Shown here one piece after another: positions 20,585 to 30,771 of a stretch of 64,000 nt of DNA (its first letter is position 1; each line of letters begins with the position of its first letter). Made by a program: the position numbers and the translations under genes. Source of the stretch: an uncultured virus (IMG/VR IMGVR_UViG_3300028800_000079) (Duplodnaviria; Heunggongvirae; Uroviricota; Caudoviricetes); the IMG/VR virus record IMGVR_UViG_3300028800_000079. One strand, written 5' to 3'. The notes below the pieces were generated by a model. That model was not told where the DNA came from and did not search any database. It was given only the letters and a program-made list of their open reading frames with translations.

Positions 20585-21646
20585 ATGGCTGTCCCGTTCG
20601 TGAATCTCTCCCCGACGAACGACCCCGTCCGTGGCCTCGTCATCGCGGACATCCGGCGGCTCGCGATTGAGGGGGACTTCACGCTCGGCGGGAAGGTGGC
20701 CGAGTTCGAGGAGGCGTGGGCGGCGTACTGCGGCGCACGGTTCTGCGTGGCGGTTGGCTCAGGGACGGACGCGCTCGCGCTCGCGCTGCGCGCGCTCAGG
20801 TTGCCGTATGGGGCGCGCGTGGCGGTTCCGGCGATGACGTTCCAAGCGACGTGGGAAGCCGTCACGCTCGCTGGATTGGGCGTGCTACCTATAGACGTGG
20901 ATGAGGACGGCCTTCTCGATTCTTCGAATGTGCCTGACGACGTTCGGGTTGTGATCCCCGTCCATCTTTACGGTCGCATCGCCATGCTTGGAACAGAACC
21001 CCCGTCTATTCTCGAAGACGCCTGTCAGGCGCACGGTGCGCGGATAGGGGAATGGACGCCTGGGCGCGACTCGGGAGCCGCCTACAGCTTCTACCCGTCC
21101 AAGAACCTGGGGGCGTGGGGTGACGCGGGCGCGCTCGTCACAGACGACGAAGCGTTGACGGACGAGGTGCGCGCGCTCCGGCACCACGGGCAGCGGGCGA
21201 AGGGCGCGCACGCGAGCGTGGGGACGACGGGACGGATGGACACGCTCCAAGCCGCCGTCCTGCTCCGCAAACTTCCGTTCTTGGACGAGTGGAACGAGCA
21301 GCGTCGCGAGGCGGCAGCGTTCTACAACCGCGAACTCGCCGGGATCGACGGACTCACCCTGCCGCCGGACGCCCTCGGCCACGTCTGGCACCTCTACGTG
21401 ATCCGCACCGCCAACCGCGACGGCCTCCGCGACTGGCTTGGCGAACGCGGGATCGGGACCGGCGTTCACTACCCGTACCCGCCGCACCTGACTCTCGCCT
21501 ACGCCCATCTGGGCTACGGCGTGGGGGATTTCCCTGTCGCGGAACGGCTCGCGGCTGAGGGGCTGTCGCTCCCGATGTGGGCCGGGATCACGGAGGACGA
21601 GTTGGCGCAGGTAGTCGAGGCCGTGAGGGGATGGTTCGAGCGGTGA
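20585..21646 (+). CDS. DegT/DnrJ/EryC1/StrS sugar aminotransferase (WbpE-like)
   Basis: SGTDAL, PVHLYG, EDACQAHGA, SFYPSKNLGAWGDAG, HVWHLY and LSLPM. Confidence 0.92.
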   Translation: MAVPFVNLSPTNDPVRGLVIADIRRLAIEGDFTLGGKVAEFEEAWAAYCGARFCVAVGSGTDALALALRALRLPYGARVAVPAMTFQATWEAVTLAGLGVLPIDVDEDGLLDSSNVPDDVRVVIPVHLYGRIAMLGTEPPSILEDACQAHGARIGEWTPGRDSGAAYSFYPSKNLGAWGDAGALVTDDEALTDEVRALRHHGQRAKGAHASVGTTGRMDTLQAAVLLRKLPFLDEWNEQRREAAAFYNRELAGIDGLTLPPDALGHVWHLYVIRTANRDGLRDWLGERGIGTGVHYPYPPHLTLAYAHLGYGVGDFPVAERLAAEGLSLPMWAGITEDELAQVVEAVRGWFER

Positions 21647-22152
21647 AGTTTCCCGAGTACCTGAAACTCAGTGACGCCGTGTCACGCCAGCGTGAATCGG
21701 ACTACGAAGCGATGTTCGGTCCCGGCGTGTACGTTCACCAATCCGCGAACCTCTACGGTTGCGAGGTCGGAGAGGGGTCGCGGGTTGGCGCGTTCGTGGA
21801 GATCCAGGCCGGAGCTGTCGTCGGGAAGCGCTGCAAGATCAGCTCGCACTCGTTCCTCTGCACGGGCGTCACGGTAGAGGACGACGTGTTCCTGGGGCAT
21901 GGAGTGATGACGTGCAACGACCGGCACCCACGCGCCGTCAACCAGGATGGGGAACCCGCAGGCGCGGACGACTGGACGCTCGAACCCACCCTGATCCGGC
22001 GGGGCGCGTCCATCGGTTCCGGCGCGGTACTCCTGCCAGGCGTCACGGTCGGGGCGGGCGCGGTGGTGGGGGCGGGCGCGGTCGTGACACGCGACGTAGA
22101 GGCCGGGGCGACGGTGGCCGGAAATCCCGCGAGGCCGGTCACGCGGGCGTGA
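21643..22152 (+). CDS. Hexapeptide-repeat N-acetyltransferase (WbpD/WxcM-like)
   Basis: GAFVEIQ, CKISSHSFLC.GVTVED, GASIGSGA and VAGNPAR. Confidence 0.9.
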   Translation: MKFPEYLKLSDAVSRQRESDYEAMFGPGVYVHQSANLYGCEVGEGSRVGAFVEIQAGAVVGKRCKISSHSFLCTGVTVEDDVFLGHGVMTCNDRHPRAVNQDGEPAGADDWTLEPTLIRRGASIGSGAVLLPGVTVGAGAVVGAGAVVTRDVEAGATVAGNPARPVTRA

Positions 22153-22487
22153 TGGCGACCGACCCTTACCGCGAGTTCGCCCGCATCACCCGCGAAGCCA
22201 TCGGAGACGGGACAGAGCAGATCCGCTGGTACGCGATGTGCAACGCGCTCCGCGAAGGGCCGATCCGTCTTGTCCTCGTGGTTACGGAAGACGTAGACCT
22301 ACGCGATCGGGATGAAGCGCTGATCGTGGATTTCGCGCGTCTCGCTACCGAAGCGATCAAACGCGATCGCCGCATCGCTGCTTGCGCGGGTCACGAGTGG
22401 GAGTTTGGGTTCGACGCCGACTATCTCGACGGCGAACGTGATGCTATCTGTCGGTGTGGCGCTCGGCGTTCAGAGGTAGGAGTCTGA
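22152..22487 (+). CDS. Hypothetical protein
   Basis: TGATG-coupled at both ends. Confidence 0.55.
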   Translation: MATDPYREFARITREAIGDGTEQIRWYAMCNALREGPIRLVLVVTEDVDLRDRDEALIVDFARLATEAIKRDRRIAACAGHEWEFGFDADYLDGERDAICRCGARRSEVGV

Positions 22488-23521
22488 TGCGCGCACTCTG
22501 CACGGGTGGCTGCGGGCTCGTGGGGAGCCACATCGTGGACCTTCTGCTCGCGCGCGGCGATGACGTGGTGATCTTGGACAACCTCGAACCCGTGACGCAC
22601 CCGTCAGGGATGCCCGCATGGACGAAAGCACAACGGGGCGTGTCGGTGGTGATGGGCGACATTCGTGACTACGGGATGCTTCTCGGCGTGATGCACGGCG
22701 TGGACGTGGTGTTCCATCAGGCCGCGTTCGGCGGCTTCTCCCCTGACCCACGGAAGATGGTGGAGGTGAACACGCTCGGCACCGTGAACGTCCTGACGGC
22801 TGCCGCTCACGCGGGCGTGAGCAAGGCGGTGGTCGCGTCGTCGCAGGCGGTGTACGGCAAAGACAAGGAACGCACCGCCTGGGATTTCGAGCATCGCGCC
22901 TGGGAGGGCGAGCGCGAGTCGTACCCGTTCGCTGAGACGGACGAGTGCTACCCGGAGTCGCCGTACGCCATCTCGAAGTACGCGGCCGAACGGCTCACCC
23001 TGTTCGGGGGCTGGCCGTTCCCTGTCGTCGCGCTCCGGTACGCCCTCACGTTCGGGCCGAGACAGTCCGCGTCGAACCCGTACACGGGCGTCACATCGCT
23101 GTTCTCGAACCGGATCCTGCACGGCCTCCCGCCCGTGATCTTCGAGGACGGCTTGCAGACGCGCGACTTCACCTACGTGGAGGATGTGGCCAGCGCGAAC
23201 CTCCACGTCGCATACGAACCGCGCGCCGACGGGAACGTCTACAACGTCGGGACGGGGGTGGCGACGACGGTGCTCAACTTCGCCCGCACACTCTGCCGCG
23301 CGTACGGCACCGACATCGAGCCTGTCCTGTCGGGCGAGTACCGGCCGCAGGACGCCCGCCACGTCATCACCGACCCGTCCCGGCTGCGCGCGCTCGGCTG
23401 GGAGCCGCAGGTGTCTGTCAGTGAGGGTGTGCGCCGGTTCGCGGACTGGTTCGCGGCGCAGCCTGAACGGCCCGTGGTGGACGCGTCCGACGAGCTACGC
23501 AGCGTGGGCGTCATCCGGTGA
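22487..23521 (+). CDS. NAD-dependent epimerase/dehydratase
   Basis: TGGCGLVGSH, ASSQAVYG, YAISK, GPRQ..NPYTGV and RDFTYVED. Confidence 0.92.
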   Translation: MRALCTGGCGLVGSHIVDLLLARGDDVVILDNLEPVTHPSGMPAWTKAQRGVSVVMGDIRDYGMLLGVMHGVDVVFHQAAFGGFSPDPRKMVEVNTLGTVNVLTAAAHAGVSKAVVASSQAVYGKDKERTAWDFEHRAWEGERESYPFAETDECYPESPYAISKYAAERLTLFGGWPFPVVALRYALTFGPRQSASNPYTGVTSLFSNRILHGLPPVIFEDGLQTRDFTYVEDVASANLHVAYEPRADGNVYNVGTGVATTVLNFARTLCRAYGTDIEPVLSGEYRPQDARHVITDPSRLRALGWEPQVSVSEGVRRFADWFAAQPERPVVDASDELRSVGVIR

Positions 23522-24243
23522 ACCCCGTGATCCTGGTCGGCCGTCGCGCCGACAACGGCTGGCGCGACCACCTGTGGGCATGGTGCGAGCGGCGGTGGCT
23601 TGCGCTCCTTCCGGGTGTGCCGGTGATCGAGGGCGTCCATGACGGTTCCGCTCCGTTCAGCCTCTCGGTGGCGTCGAACCGTGCTGCCGGGTACGCGGGC
23701 AAGCACTACCCGGAGTGGGACGTAGCGGTCTACGTTGGGGCGGACTGGCTCGCCGCTGACGCCCGTCACGTCCGGGAGGCGTGTGACGCGGCGCTCCGTT
23801 CGGGCCGGTTGACGTTTGCGCACTCAACTACCTGGGTGTTGACGGAGGAGGCGACCCGCAACGTGCTCCACCTCGACCCCGGCTCGCCGCTCGGCCTGCT
23901 CACGGAGCGGGACGGGAGCGCGCACTCGAACACGTTCTCCGGCGTCGTCGCGATCCCACGCCGACTCTGGGATGCGGTCGGCGGGTTCGATGAGCGGTTC
24001 TCAGGATGGGGGGGGGAAGACCTCGCGCTCTGGGCCGCCTGCTGCGCGCTTTCCGGGTTCGACAGGATCGAAGGCGGCGTGATCGCGCACCTGTTCCATG
24101 AGACGGACAGGACGCTGCGGGAGGAGTCGCCAAGCTATCCCGCGAACGACGCTCTGATGCGCCGCTACCTCGCGTCCAAGTCCGACCCGGCGGGGATGCG
24201 GGCGCTGCTCGCGGAACCGGGCGGACCGCTCGACGCATCGTAA
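23518..24243 (+). CDS. Glycosyltransferase (GT2/GT7C-like)
   Basis: VGGFDERFSGWGGED...HLFH. Confidence 0.8.
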   Translation: MNPVILVGRRADNGWRDHLWAWCERRWLALLPGVPVIEGVHDGSAPFSLSVASNRAAGYAGKHYPEWDVAVYVGADWLAADARHVREACDAALRSGRLTFAHSTTWVLTEEATRNVLHLDPGSPLGLLTERDGSAHSNTFSGVVAIPRRLWDAVGGFDERFSGWGGEDLALWAACCALSGFDRIEGGVIAHLFHETDRTLREESPSYPANDALMRRYLASKSDPAGMRALLAEPGGPLDAS

Positions 24244-24271
24244 ACCGATTCACGCTGGCGTGATCCGCTGC

Positions 24272-24300
24272 TTGACCCCCGCCCGTGTCTGCTATACGAT
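24272..24300 (+). promoter_or_regulatory. Sigma-A-type promoter, leaderless
   Basis: TTGACC-17-TACGAT; GTG at 24308. Confidence 0.7.
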
Positions 24301-24307
24301 GCGGGGC

Positions 24308-24424
24308 GTGGACGAGCACCGTCGCGGGTTCGGGTTCTGGGCCGCTCTCACCCTCCAGGCGGTGTTCTGGGGTGCGGTCGCGTTCGCGATCCTGGTAGCG
24401 ATGCGTCGCGAGGGATGGGTCTAG
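24308..24424 (+). CDS. 38-aa single-TM protein (absent from the ORF track)
   Basis: MDEHRRGFGFWAALTLQAVFWGAVAFAILVAMRREGWV, starting 7 nt after the -10 box. Confidence 0.6.
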   Translation: MDEHRRGFGFWAALTLQAVFWGAVAFAILVAMRREGWV

Positions 24425-24684
24425 CTGGTGCCTGACCGTGAATGGACGCTTGTTCAGATTGGCTACGTGCGGGGCGTGGTTGCTTCGTCCGCGCAGCTCG
24501 TGCAGCGCGGCGAAGACTTCGCTGGCCCCCTGACGGACTACTGGCGCGAAACACTCCTGTCTCTCCTGGACGCGCTCGAAGCTTCCCGCGTTCCCGTTGT
24601 CCAGGCTAGCGACGCCGACTTCGTGGACGTGCTGGTGTTGGAGTCTCGCTCTGGCACCGACCCCGCACCGAGAGGAGATGCAGC

Positions 24685-25341
24685 GTGAGCGGCTACGAAC
24701 CCGAACTCGGCCAGATGGTGTTCGGCAACGCGACCAGCGAATACGACCTCGGCAAGTGCGAGACGCTAGTCGCGGATGAGCTGTATGCGCTCTCGGAGGA
24801 ACTTGGGAAGCGCGACCCGGACGCCCAAGTGCACGGCTTCCTCGGCGGCGAGTGGGGGTACGGACAGGACTTCCGCAACGACACGTTCGAGATGCACCCG
24901 TACTGGTGGGGCGACTGTGAGTGCGGCTTCGAGGACGAGGCGCTTGCATGGGAGGAAGCGAACCCGCACACGCCGGAGTGCTGGCAGGAGCGGTGGAGCA
25001 ATGAGCACAACCGGATCAATGCACTGAACCTCGGTTACGACGAGGGCGTCCGTCTGATGGACGAATGGGCTACCGCGAACGGCTGGGACGGCCGCCCCGG
25101 TGTCGCCGTCTTCTGCGACTGCGGCCAGGACGGCCTCTACCAGGCGTGGCGCGAAACCCATAGCCACGATCCGGAGTGCGGCGTTGTCCGCCCGAACTTC
25201 AAGTACGGGCTGGTCGAGGTTCGCTGGTATAAGTACATCGGCTGCGGGATGTCGTGCTCACACGAGCTTGACCGTGCGGCGTGGCGCGTCCTGTTCGCGG
25301 CTTGCCATGCGTCGCTTGTCAATCCCATCACGCCCGCGTGA
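24685..25341 (+). CDS. Hypothetical protein (Cys/His-rich)
   Basis: PYWWGDCECG, PNFKY and WYKYIG; stop within the palindrome at 25328. Confidence 0.65.
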   Translation: MSGYEPELGQMVFGNATSEYDLGKCETLVADELYALSEELGKRDPDAQVHGFLGGEWGYGQDFRNDTFEMHPYWWGDCECGFEDEALAWEEANPHTPECWQERWSNEHNRINALNLGYDEGVRLMDEWATANGWDGRPGVAVFCDCGQDGLYQAWRETHSHDPECGVVRPNFKYGLVEVRWYKYIGCGMSCSHELDRAAWRVLFAACHASLVNPITPA

Positions 25342-25495
25342 TGAAGCATCGTCTCCTCGCGTGGCACCGTGAACCCGGCTTGTGGTGGTTCCGGGTCTAC
25401 GGACGTGGTATCTCCGCGAAGAACATCCAGACGCATCCGCCGTCGTTCAGTGAACGGAACGGGTACGGGCGCGGCTGGCTCGTGCGGAGGCTGAA

Positions 25496-26338
25496 GTGAG
25501 CGTCTGCGCGGTCGCGATGGTCCGCGACGAACAAGATGTGATCCGCTACTGGGTGGAGCACACCGCAACCCAAGTGGACGCCCTCATCGTGGCCGACAAC
25601 CTCTCAACGGACGGGACACGCGAACTGCTGGACGAACTCGCGGACGACTACCCGCTCACCGTGGTGGACGATCCGGAGCCGGGCTACTTCCAGTCCGAGA
25701 AGATGTCCGTGCTGGCGGCGCAAGCACTCGCCGCCGGGCACACCTGGGCTGTCGCGATGGACGCCGACGAGCACTGGAGCTGCGGCGACTACACGCGCCC
25801 GATCCGCGACTTCTTGGACGGGCTCGCCCCCGACATCCGTGTCGTGACGGCGGACCTGTTCAACCACATCCCGACCGCGCTCGATCCTCCTTCGACAGCT
25901 CGCCATCCGTTGACGGACGAGGCGCTGCCGTCGGTGCCGAACCCGTTCGAGAGGATCGGCTGGCGGAAACGCGAGTGCGCGCCGCTGCCGAAGGTGTGCG
26001 CCCGTCTCTGCGACGGGCTGCTGATCAGGCAGGGGAACCATGCGTCGTGGATGCCCGGCCCGATGCCCGTCTGCGGCGGCCTCGTCGTCCGCCACTACTC
26101 GTGGAGGAGCCGCGAGCAGTACGCGCACAAGATCGAGGTAGGAGCGCGCGCGTACGCCGCTACCGATCTCCCGGAAGGAGTCGGGACGCACTGGCGGATG
26201 TTCGGGCTACCTCCTGACGATCCAGCGGAGCTTGCCGAGTGGCGCGAACGGGTGGGCGACCATTTCGAGACGTGGTTCTACTCGGCGCGTCCCGAGCAGG
26301 ACTCGTCCCTGATCTTCGACCCGGCCCCGATGCCGTGA
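25496..26338 (+). CDS. Glycosyltransferase family 2-like
   Basis: MVRDEQDVI, DNLSTDGT, MDADE, QGNH and RHY; apparent paralog of 17497-18288. Confidence 0.85.
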   Translation: MSVCAVAMVRDEQDVIRYWVEHTATQVDALIVADNLSTDGTRELLDELADDYPLTVVDDPEPGYFQSEKMSVLAAQALAAGHTWAVAMDADEHWSCGDYTRPIRDFLDGLAPDIRVVTADLFNHIPTALDPPSTARHPLTDEALPSVPNPFERIGWRKRECAPLPKVCARLCDGLLIRQGNHASWMPGPMPVCGGLVVRHYSWRSREQYAHKIEVGARAYAATDLPEGVGTHWRMFGLPPDDPAELAEWRERVGDHFETWFYSARPEQDSSLIFDPAPMP

Positions 26339-26999
26339 GCAACCAGGCGCAGCACCTCTACGAGCGGGTGTGCGAAGCCGTGGACGCTGGCCTTCGCCTG
26401 GCGCGTCTCACGGCGGGGTGGCGTTCTGCCGCGGTTGCGATGGTCGGAGGGATGGTCGCATCCGTGCTGCTGGGAACGATGAGCGGAGCGGCGTTGTTCG
26501 GTGTCTTGGTTGCTGGTGCGGCTATCGGCTTGTTCGCGTATTGGCGCGAGAAAGGCAAGCAGCCGTGAAGACGTGTCCGATCCCTGGCGGTGGAGGTGTC
26601 CGGGTGCCGCACGACTGGCGGCTCATGGACGAGACGCCCGGCATCCGGTACGACTACGCGGACGATGAAGCGGGAGGATCCGTGTTGGTAGGAAGATTCG
26701 TGGTGCGCCGCTGGTACTGCACGAGGTGCCGCGAGTTCGAGACGACCGAGCATCCACCCCGTCACGCTGGCGTGAGCGCATGAGGTGCAACTTGTGAGCC
26801 AGAGAGAGACAGAGATTCGGGAGCGCCGTAGCCAGACAGCGGCTGCGCTCTTGGAGTACCGGAGATTCGTGCGCGACCACCCGGACGACGAACTGGCCTC
26901 CATGTTGCAGCACTCGATAGACGCGATGCGGGGGCGTCTTCGGGAGCGGCGCAACGTACTGCGACAGATTGGCTGGGCGCATCTAGAGAAGGCACACCC

Positions 27000-27398
27000 T
27001 TGAAGGTGATCGTGTTCGGGTCGCGCTCTTGGACGGACGCGGAAGCGATCCGGGACCGGCTCGCCCTCCTCCCGGCGGGTTCGCTGGTGGTGCATGGCGC
27101 ATCGTCGGGTGGCGGCGCAGACCTGATCGCGGATCGGGAGGCGCGCAAACTCGGCCACCATCCGCTGCCTATGCCGGTGAACAAGGACGACCGCGACAAA
27201 GCCTGGAGCATGGGCAGGCCCAGGATGGCCCCGATCCTGCGGAACGTCCGGATGGTGGCGGCGCACCGTAACGCCGACCTCGCTATCGGATTCTGGGACG
27301 GGCGCAGCTCCGGCTCCCGGTATATGCGGGAAGAGTGCGGACGGTGCGGGATCCCGGTCGAGATCGTTTCGCCCCGTCACGCTGGCGTGATAGCGTAG
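27000..27398 (+). CDS. SLOG-fold (DUF2493/YspA-like) protein
   Basis: KVIVFGSRSW.D, VVHGA..GAD, RN.RM and FWDG.S.G. Confidence 0.75.
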   Translation: MKVIVFGSRSWTDAEAIRDRLALLPAGSLVVHGASSGGGADLIADREARKLGHHPLPMPVNKDDRDKAWSMGRPRMAPILRNVRMVAAHRNADLAIGFWDGRSSGSRYMREECGRCGIPVEIVSPRHAGVIA

Positions 27399-27405
27399 CT
27401 ATACG

Positions 27406-27732
27406 ATGAGCGAACGTGCTCCCCACTGGTCGATGCTTCCAGGTGCTGACAAACTCACGCTCCGCATCATCGACCCCAGCGCAGACACGCGCTACGTAGA
27501 AGGGGAATGGCCGATACACGGCTGGGAGGTCCATTCAGGTAACTCACGTCTTTGTACGAACATCCGCGTTTACAGCAATGGGGCTGAACCTGCCGACTGG
27601 GACAGTGGCGACCAAGCGCGGATCGACTACTGTGACGAGAACAGCGACGGAATCCACATCTGCGACCTAGACGCTTTCATTGAGATGTTGCTGGCGATTC
27701 GGGACGCACGGGATAGTGAGCGGTCGGCGTGA
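27406..27732 (+). CDS. Hypothetical protein
   Basis: ORF coupled to the next gene. Confidence 0.5.
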   Translation: MSERAPHWSMLPGADKLTLRIIDPSADTRYVEGEWPIHGWEVHSGNSRLCTNIRVYSNGAEPADWDSGDQARIDYCDENSDGIHICDLDAFIEMLLAIRDARDSERSA

Positions 27733-28094
27733 TTCCGTCTCCGTGGGTTGCGGTGATCCTCACCCTCGGCACCGCCCGTCTGATCCGCGAAGCGTCCTAT
27801 TCAGACTTTCCTCCGGTGCTCCGGTTCCGGCGTTGGCTTGTCGGCTGGCATGTCGCCGTGTCCGGTAGCCCAAACAGCCTCTCCGGGCTGACGAGCGAGA
27901 CGCCCACCGCCGTCGAATCGTTCAGGCGTCCGACGCTCGCGAAGTTCGTGAGCTGCATCTGGTGTATCGGGTTTTGGGCTTCGCTCGCGGTGTATGTGGC
28001 GTGGGTGTTCGAGCCGCGCTGGACGCTCTACGTGGTCGCCCCGCTCGCCCTCTCCACCGTCGCAGCCCTAGCCCTGAGATGGCTTGATCCTTGA
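27729..28094 (+). CDS. DUF1360-like membrane protein
   Basis: ARL.R...D, CIWCIGFW and flanking TM segments. Confidence 0.65.
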   Translation: MIPSPWVAVILTLGTARLIREASYSDFPPVLRFRRWLVGWHVAVSGSPNSLSGLTSETPTAVESFRRPTLAKFVSCIWCIGFWASLAVYVAWVFEPRWTLYVVAPLALSTVAALALRWLDP

Positions 28095-28106
28095 GAACGC
28101 AAGCGT

Positions 28107-28379
28107 GTTCCCGGATGGTTAGACGTGGCGTTTCAACTGGCGCGCTTGCTCATGGCGTCGCCGGGGCCTTTCCGCCGGTCGTAAGGGAAACCCGAGTCCG
28201 TCACGCAGAGAGACGGCTTCGCGCCCTCGGGCGCGGCTCGGCCCTGCCATCCGGGAACCCGACACACGGGGGAGCGTTGAACGAAAGGGGAACCACGGGC
28301 GGGCATCCCATGACCCGGAGCGCCCGTCTCGGACTCTCATCGACCTCGAAGAGTTCGTCCCCTTTCGTTGAGCGCTTCC
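28107..28379. ncRNA. Candidate structured RNA with two long stem domains
   Basis: Perfect 12-bp pairings 28107-28118/28247-28258 and 28280-28291/28358-28369 with internal hairpins; no credible CDS. Confidence 0.4.
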
Positions 28380-28433
28380 GCCCGCCTCTAGGTATAGCCT
28401 GTACGTCATGACGAAACCCGAGAAGGAGCTTCC

Positions 28434-29012
28434 ATGAAGTTCGTGCAGGCTGCCAACTACACGCCCGTCGCGTCACGGTCGATCAACCTGCTCGTGATCC
28501 ACGACATGGAAGCGCCGGAGAAGGGAAAGACCGCCGAGGCCGTCGCCGTCTTCTTCGAGAAGCAGCCGAAGAACAACGATGGCTCGTCAGCGCACTACTG
28601 CATCGACAACAACTCGGTCGTGCAGTGCGTCCACGACCACGATGTCGCGTGGGCCGCTCCTGGCGCGAACCATGACGGACTCCACTTCGAGCACGCCGGG
28701 TACGCCCGCCAGTCGAAGCACGAGTGGGCGGACGCGTACTCGACCGCGATGTTGAAGCGGTCGGCGCAGCTCGTGGCGCGCAAAGCGAAGCAGTACCACG
28801 TCCCGGCCGTGTTCCTCGACCCGGCAGAGGTGAAGGCGGGACACGCGGGGATCACGGGCCACTTGCAGATCACCGAGTCCGGGATCGGCGGTGCGGCAGG
28901 CACCCACCGCGACCCCGGCACGGAGTTCCCGTGGGGCCGCTACCTCCGCTACGTGAAGGCGTACGCGGCAGGTCACGTACCGGCAGACTTCATCGCTGGC
29001 GAAGCCAAATAA
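28434..29012 (+). CDS. Endolysin, N-acetylmuramoyl-L-alanine amidase
   Basis: VIHDME, SAHY, AWAA..AN...E.AG, ITGH and H.DPG..FPW; AAGGAG RBS. Confidence 0.9.
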   Translation: MKFVQAANYTPVASRSINLLVIHDMEAPEKGKTAEAVAVFFEKQPKNNDGSSAHYCIDNNSVVQCVHDHDVAWAAPGANHDGLHFEHAGYARQSKHEWADAYSTAMLKRSAQLVARKAKQYHVPAVFLDPAEVKAGHAGITGHLQITESGIGGAAGTHRDPGTEFPWGRYLRYVKAYAAGHVPADFIAGEAK

Positions 29013-29050
29013 GGCAACGTTCTCCGAAGGGAAGTGAGTCGCACATGCAC

Positions 29051-29203
29051 ATGACACCAAACCGCAAGCTCTTCCTCCTGGTCGCCGCGATCGTCTGCTT
29101 CGTAATCGCGCTCCTCCTCGCCCTCAACGTGTTCTCGGGCGGCAACGAGCAGGCGTGGCTCGACGGCGGGTTCGTCGCGTTCGCTGCCAGCTTCCTGCCA
29201 TGA
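29051..29203 (+). CDS. Small two-TM membrane protein (holin candidate)
   Basis: Two hydrophobic segments; immediately follows the endolysin. Confidence 0.5.
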   Translation: MTPNRKLFLLVAAIVCFVIALLLALNVFSGGNEQAWLDGGFVAFAASFLP

Positions 29204-29433
29204 GCAACAACACCCTCTCACAGACAGTCGCGGGAACCGTGCTCCTGATCGCCGTGATCGTCGGCATCGTCGTGCTCGCGTTGCACGGCACCCTGTCGGG
29301 CGCGGAAGCGTTCGGGCTGCTGACGACGATCATCACGCTCGGCGGTGGCGCGATGGCGGTCCACTCCGGCGCGAAGGTTGGTGCTCGCGCGGCCGGTGTG
29401 ACAGCCGAGACACCGGACAAGCCCGCGAAGTAG
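29200..29433 (+). CDS. Two-TM membrane protein (holin candidate)
   Basis: Two TM helices and a charged C-terminus; within the lysis cluster. Confidence 0.55.
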   Translation: MSNNTLSQTVAGTVLLIAVIVGIVVLALHGTLSGAEAFGLLTTIITLGGGAMAVHSGAKVGARAAGVTAETPDKPAK

Positions 29434-29644
29434 ACTGCGGGGCGTGAACGAGCAGTGGTCTGGCGCGTCCGGCGTGTCGTACTCAACGTGGATCGCGTCT
29501 AGTGTCTTCCGCGACCTTGGCGAAGGCGAGGCGGGCTCGGCGGGCGTCCGGGAGCCTCGACGCCCTCTCCGCCCGTTCAACAGTGCCGGGGCTGCGCTTG
29601 ATCTACCACGTACCGATCGTGTCCTCACGAGCCGGGAGCCGTAG

Positions 29645-29791
29645 GTGAGCGACCGTTCGCAAACGCTGCTCGGTGCCTTGCTCGGTGTGGCGTTCGCGGC
29701 CGGGGTGCTGGCGTTCTACCTGTTCGTGCTCGGAGGTGCTGGGCAGGTGAGCGGGACGGGAAGCATCGTGCTTCGTTTCACGCTGGCGTGA
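29645..29791 (+). CDS. Small membrane protein (absent from the ORF track)
   Basis: MSDRSQTLLGALLGVAFAAGVLAFYLFVLGG...FTLA; stop within the palindrome at 29778. Confidence 0.45.
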   Translation: MSDRSQTLLGALLGVAFAAGVLAFYLFVLGGAGQVSGTGSIVLRFTLA

Positions 29792-29878
29792 TAGCGTCCG
29801 CGTCGGCCCCGCCGGTATCACGGTATCGGCCGGGGCTGTTTCTCGCGCCCTTGCCCGCTTGTACCCTCTAATACCAGG

Positions 29879-30349
29879 ATGACCGAGGGCACCGACGGGT
29901 GGACAGTCCAGACGCTGAAAGACCACTTTGACGCGCTCCGCGCCGCCGACCAGCGCGCGCTCGCGATCAAGGAGGCAGCCGACCGCGACGCGCTCACGCT
30001 TGCCCGCGAGATCCAGGCGTACCGGGACGAGCAGGCGAACAATCTGCGCGCCCAGATCGAACGTGAGCGGGTGCAGCAGGCCACCAAAGAGGATGTCGTG
30101 GGACTTCAGGAGCGGTTCGAGTCCTCCCTGAAGGCTCTCACCGACCGTTACGAGGTGGCGCACAAGCCGATCGCCGACTACGTGGCTGGGCAGCTCGGGC
30201 GGCGCGAAGGTGTCAGCGCGGTGCAGGCGCTGCTTCTGTCGGTGGCGATGCTCGCGGTCGCGATCGTCACTGCCGTGATCCTGTACGACTCTAGCCATCA
30301 CGCGACCCCGGCTCCTGTGGTGGTGACGGTGACGACACCGGCCCCCTAG
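29879..30349 (+). CDS. Coiled-coil protein with a C-terminal TM segment
   Basis: Helical charged core followed by a hydrophobic segment. Confidence 0.6.
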   Translation: MTEGTDGWTVQTLKDHFDALRAADQRALAIKEAADRDALTLAREIQAYRDEQANNLRAQIERERVQQATKEDVVGLQERFESSLKALTDRYEVAHKPIADYVAGQLGRREGVSAVQALLLSVAMLAVAIVTAVILYDSSHHATPAPVVVTVTTPAP

Positions 30350-30375
30350 CCGTCGTATAGCGGAAGCGCTAGAGT

Positions 30376-30750
30376 GGGGGGCGTGTTCTTGCTAACTGCC
30401 GGGCGATGGAGCGAAGTGGATGGAGGCGGTCCTCCCCCGCTAGCAGCGGAGAAGGATTCTGCCGTTCGCATGTCGCTTCGCGGTGTTCGGCTACGCAAGT
30501 CAAGCGCCGCCCAGGTGTCCGTTACCGGCGTCCTTGCGTCCTCCCGGCCTTGCGGCCGACGACGGGTTGCTCTAGGTCTGGGGATGGGAACCTTCGCGGC
30601 TCTAACCCGCTATCTCGGCTTCCCGAAGGTACTAGCTATACCGCTCCGTCCTGCGGTGCTGTACACTTCCCACCAAGGTCCTGGACAGTCCTTAGTCTAC
30701 ATCAGGCCCGCCGTCTGTGCCCCGTCCGGCACGGCGGCGGGCCGTAGACT
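30376..30750. ncRNA. Candidate structured non-coding RNA
   Basis: Several stems (e.g. 30694-30713 with 30735-30750; 30590-30596 with 30624-30630); overlapping ORFs have atypical codon usage; TAGAGT -10-like box at 30370. Confidence 0.35.
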
Positions 30751-30771
30751 TTCCGGGGTGGTCACGCCAGC

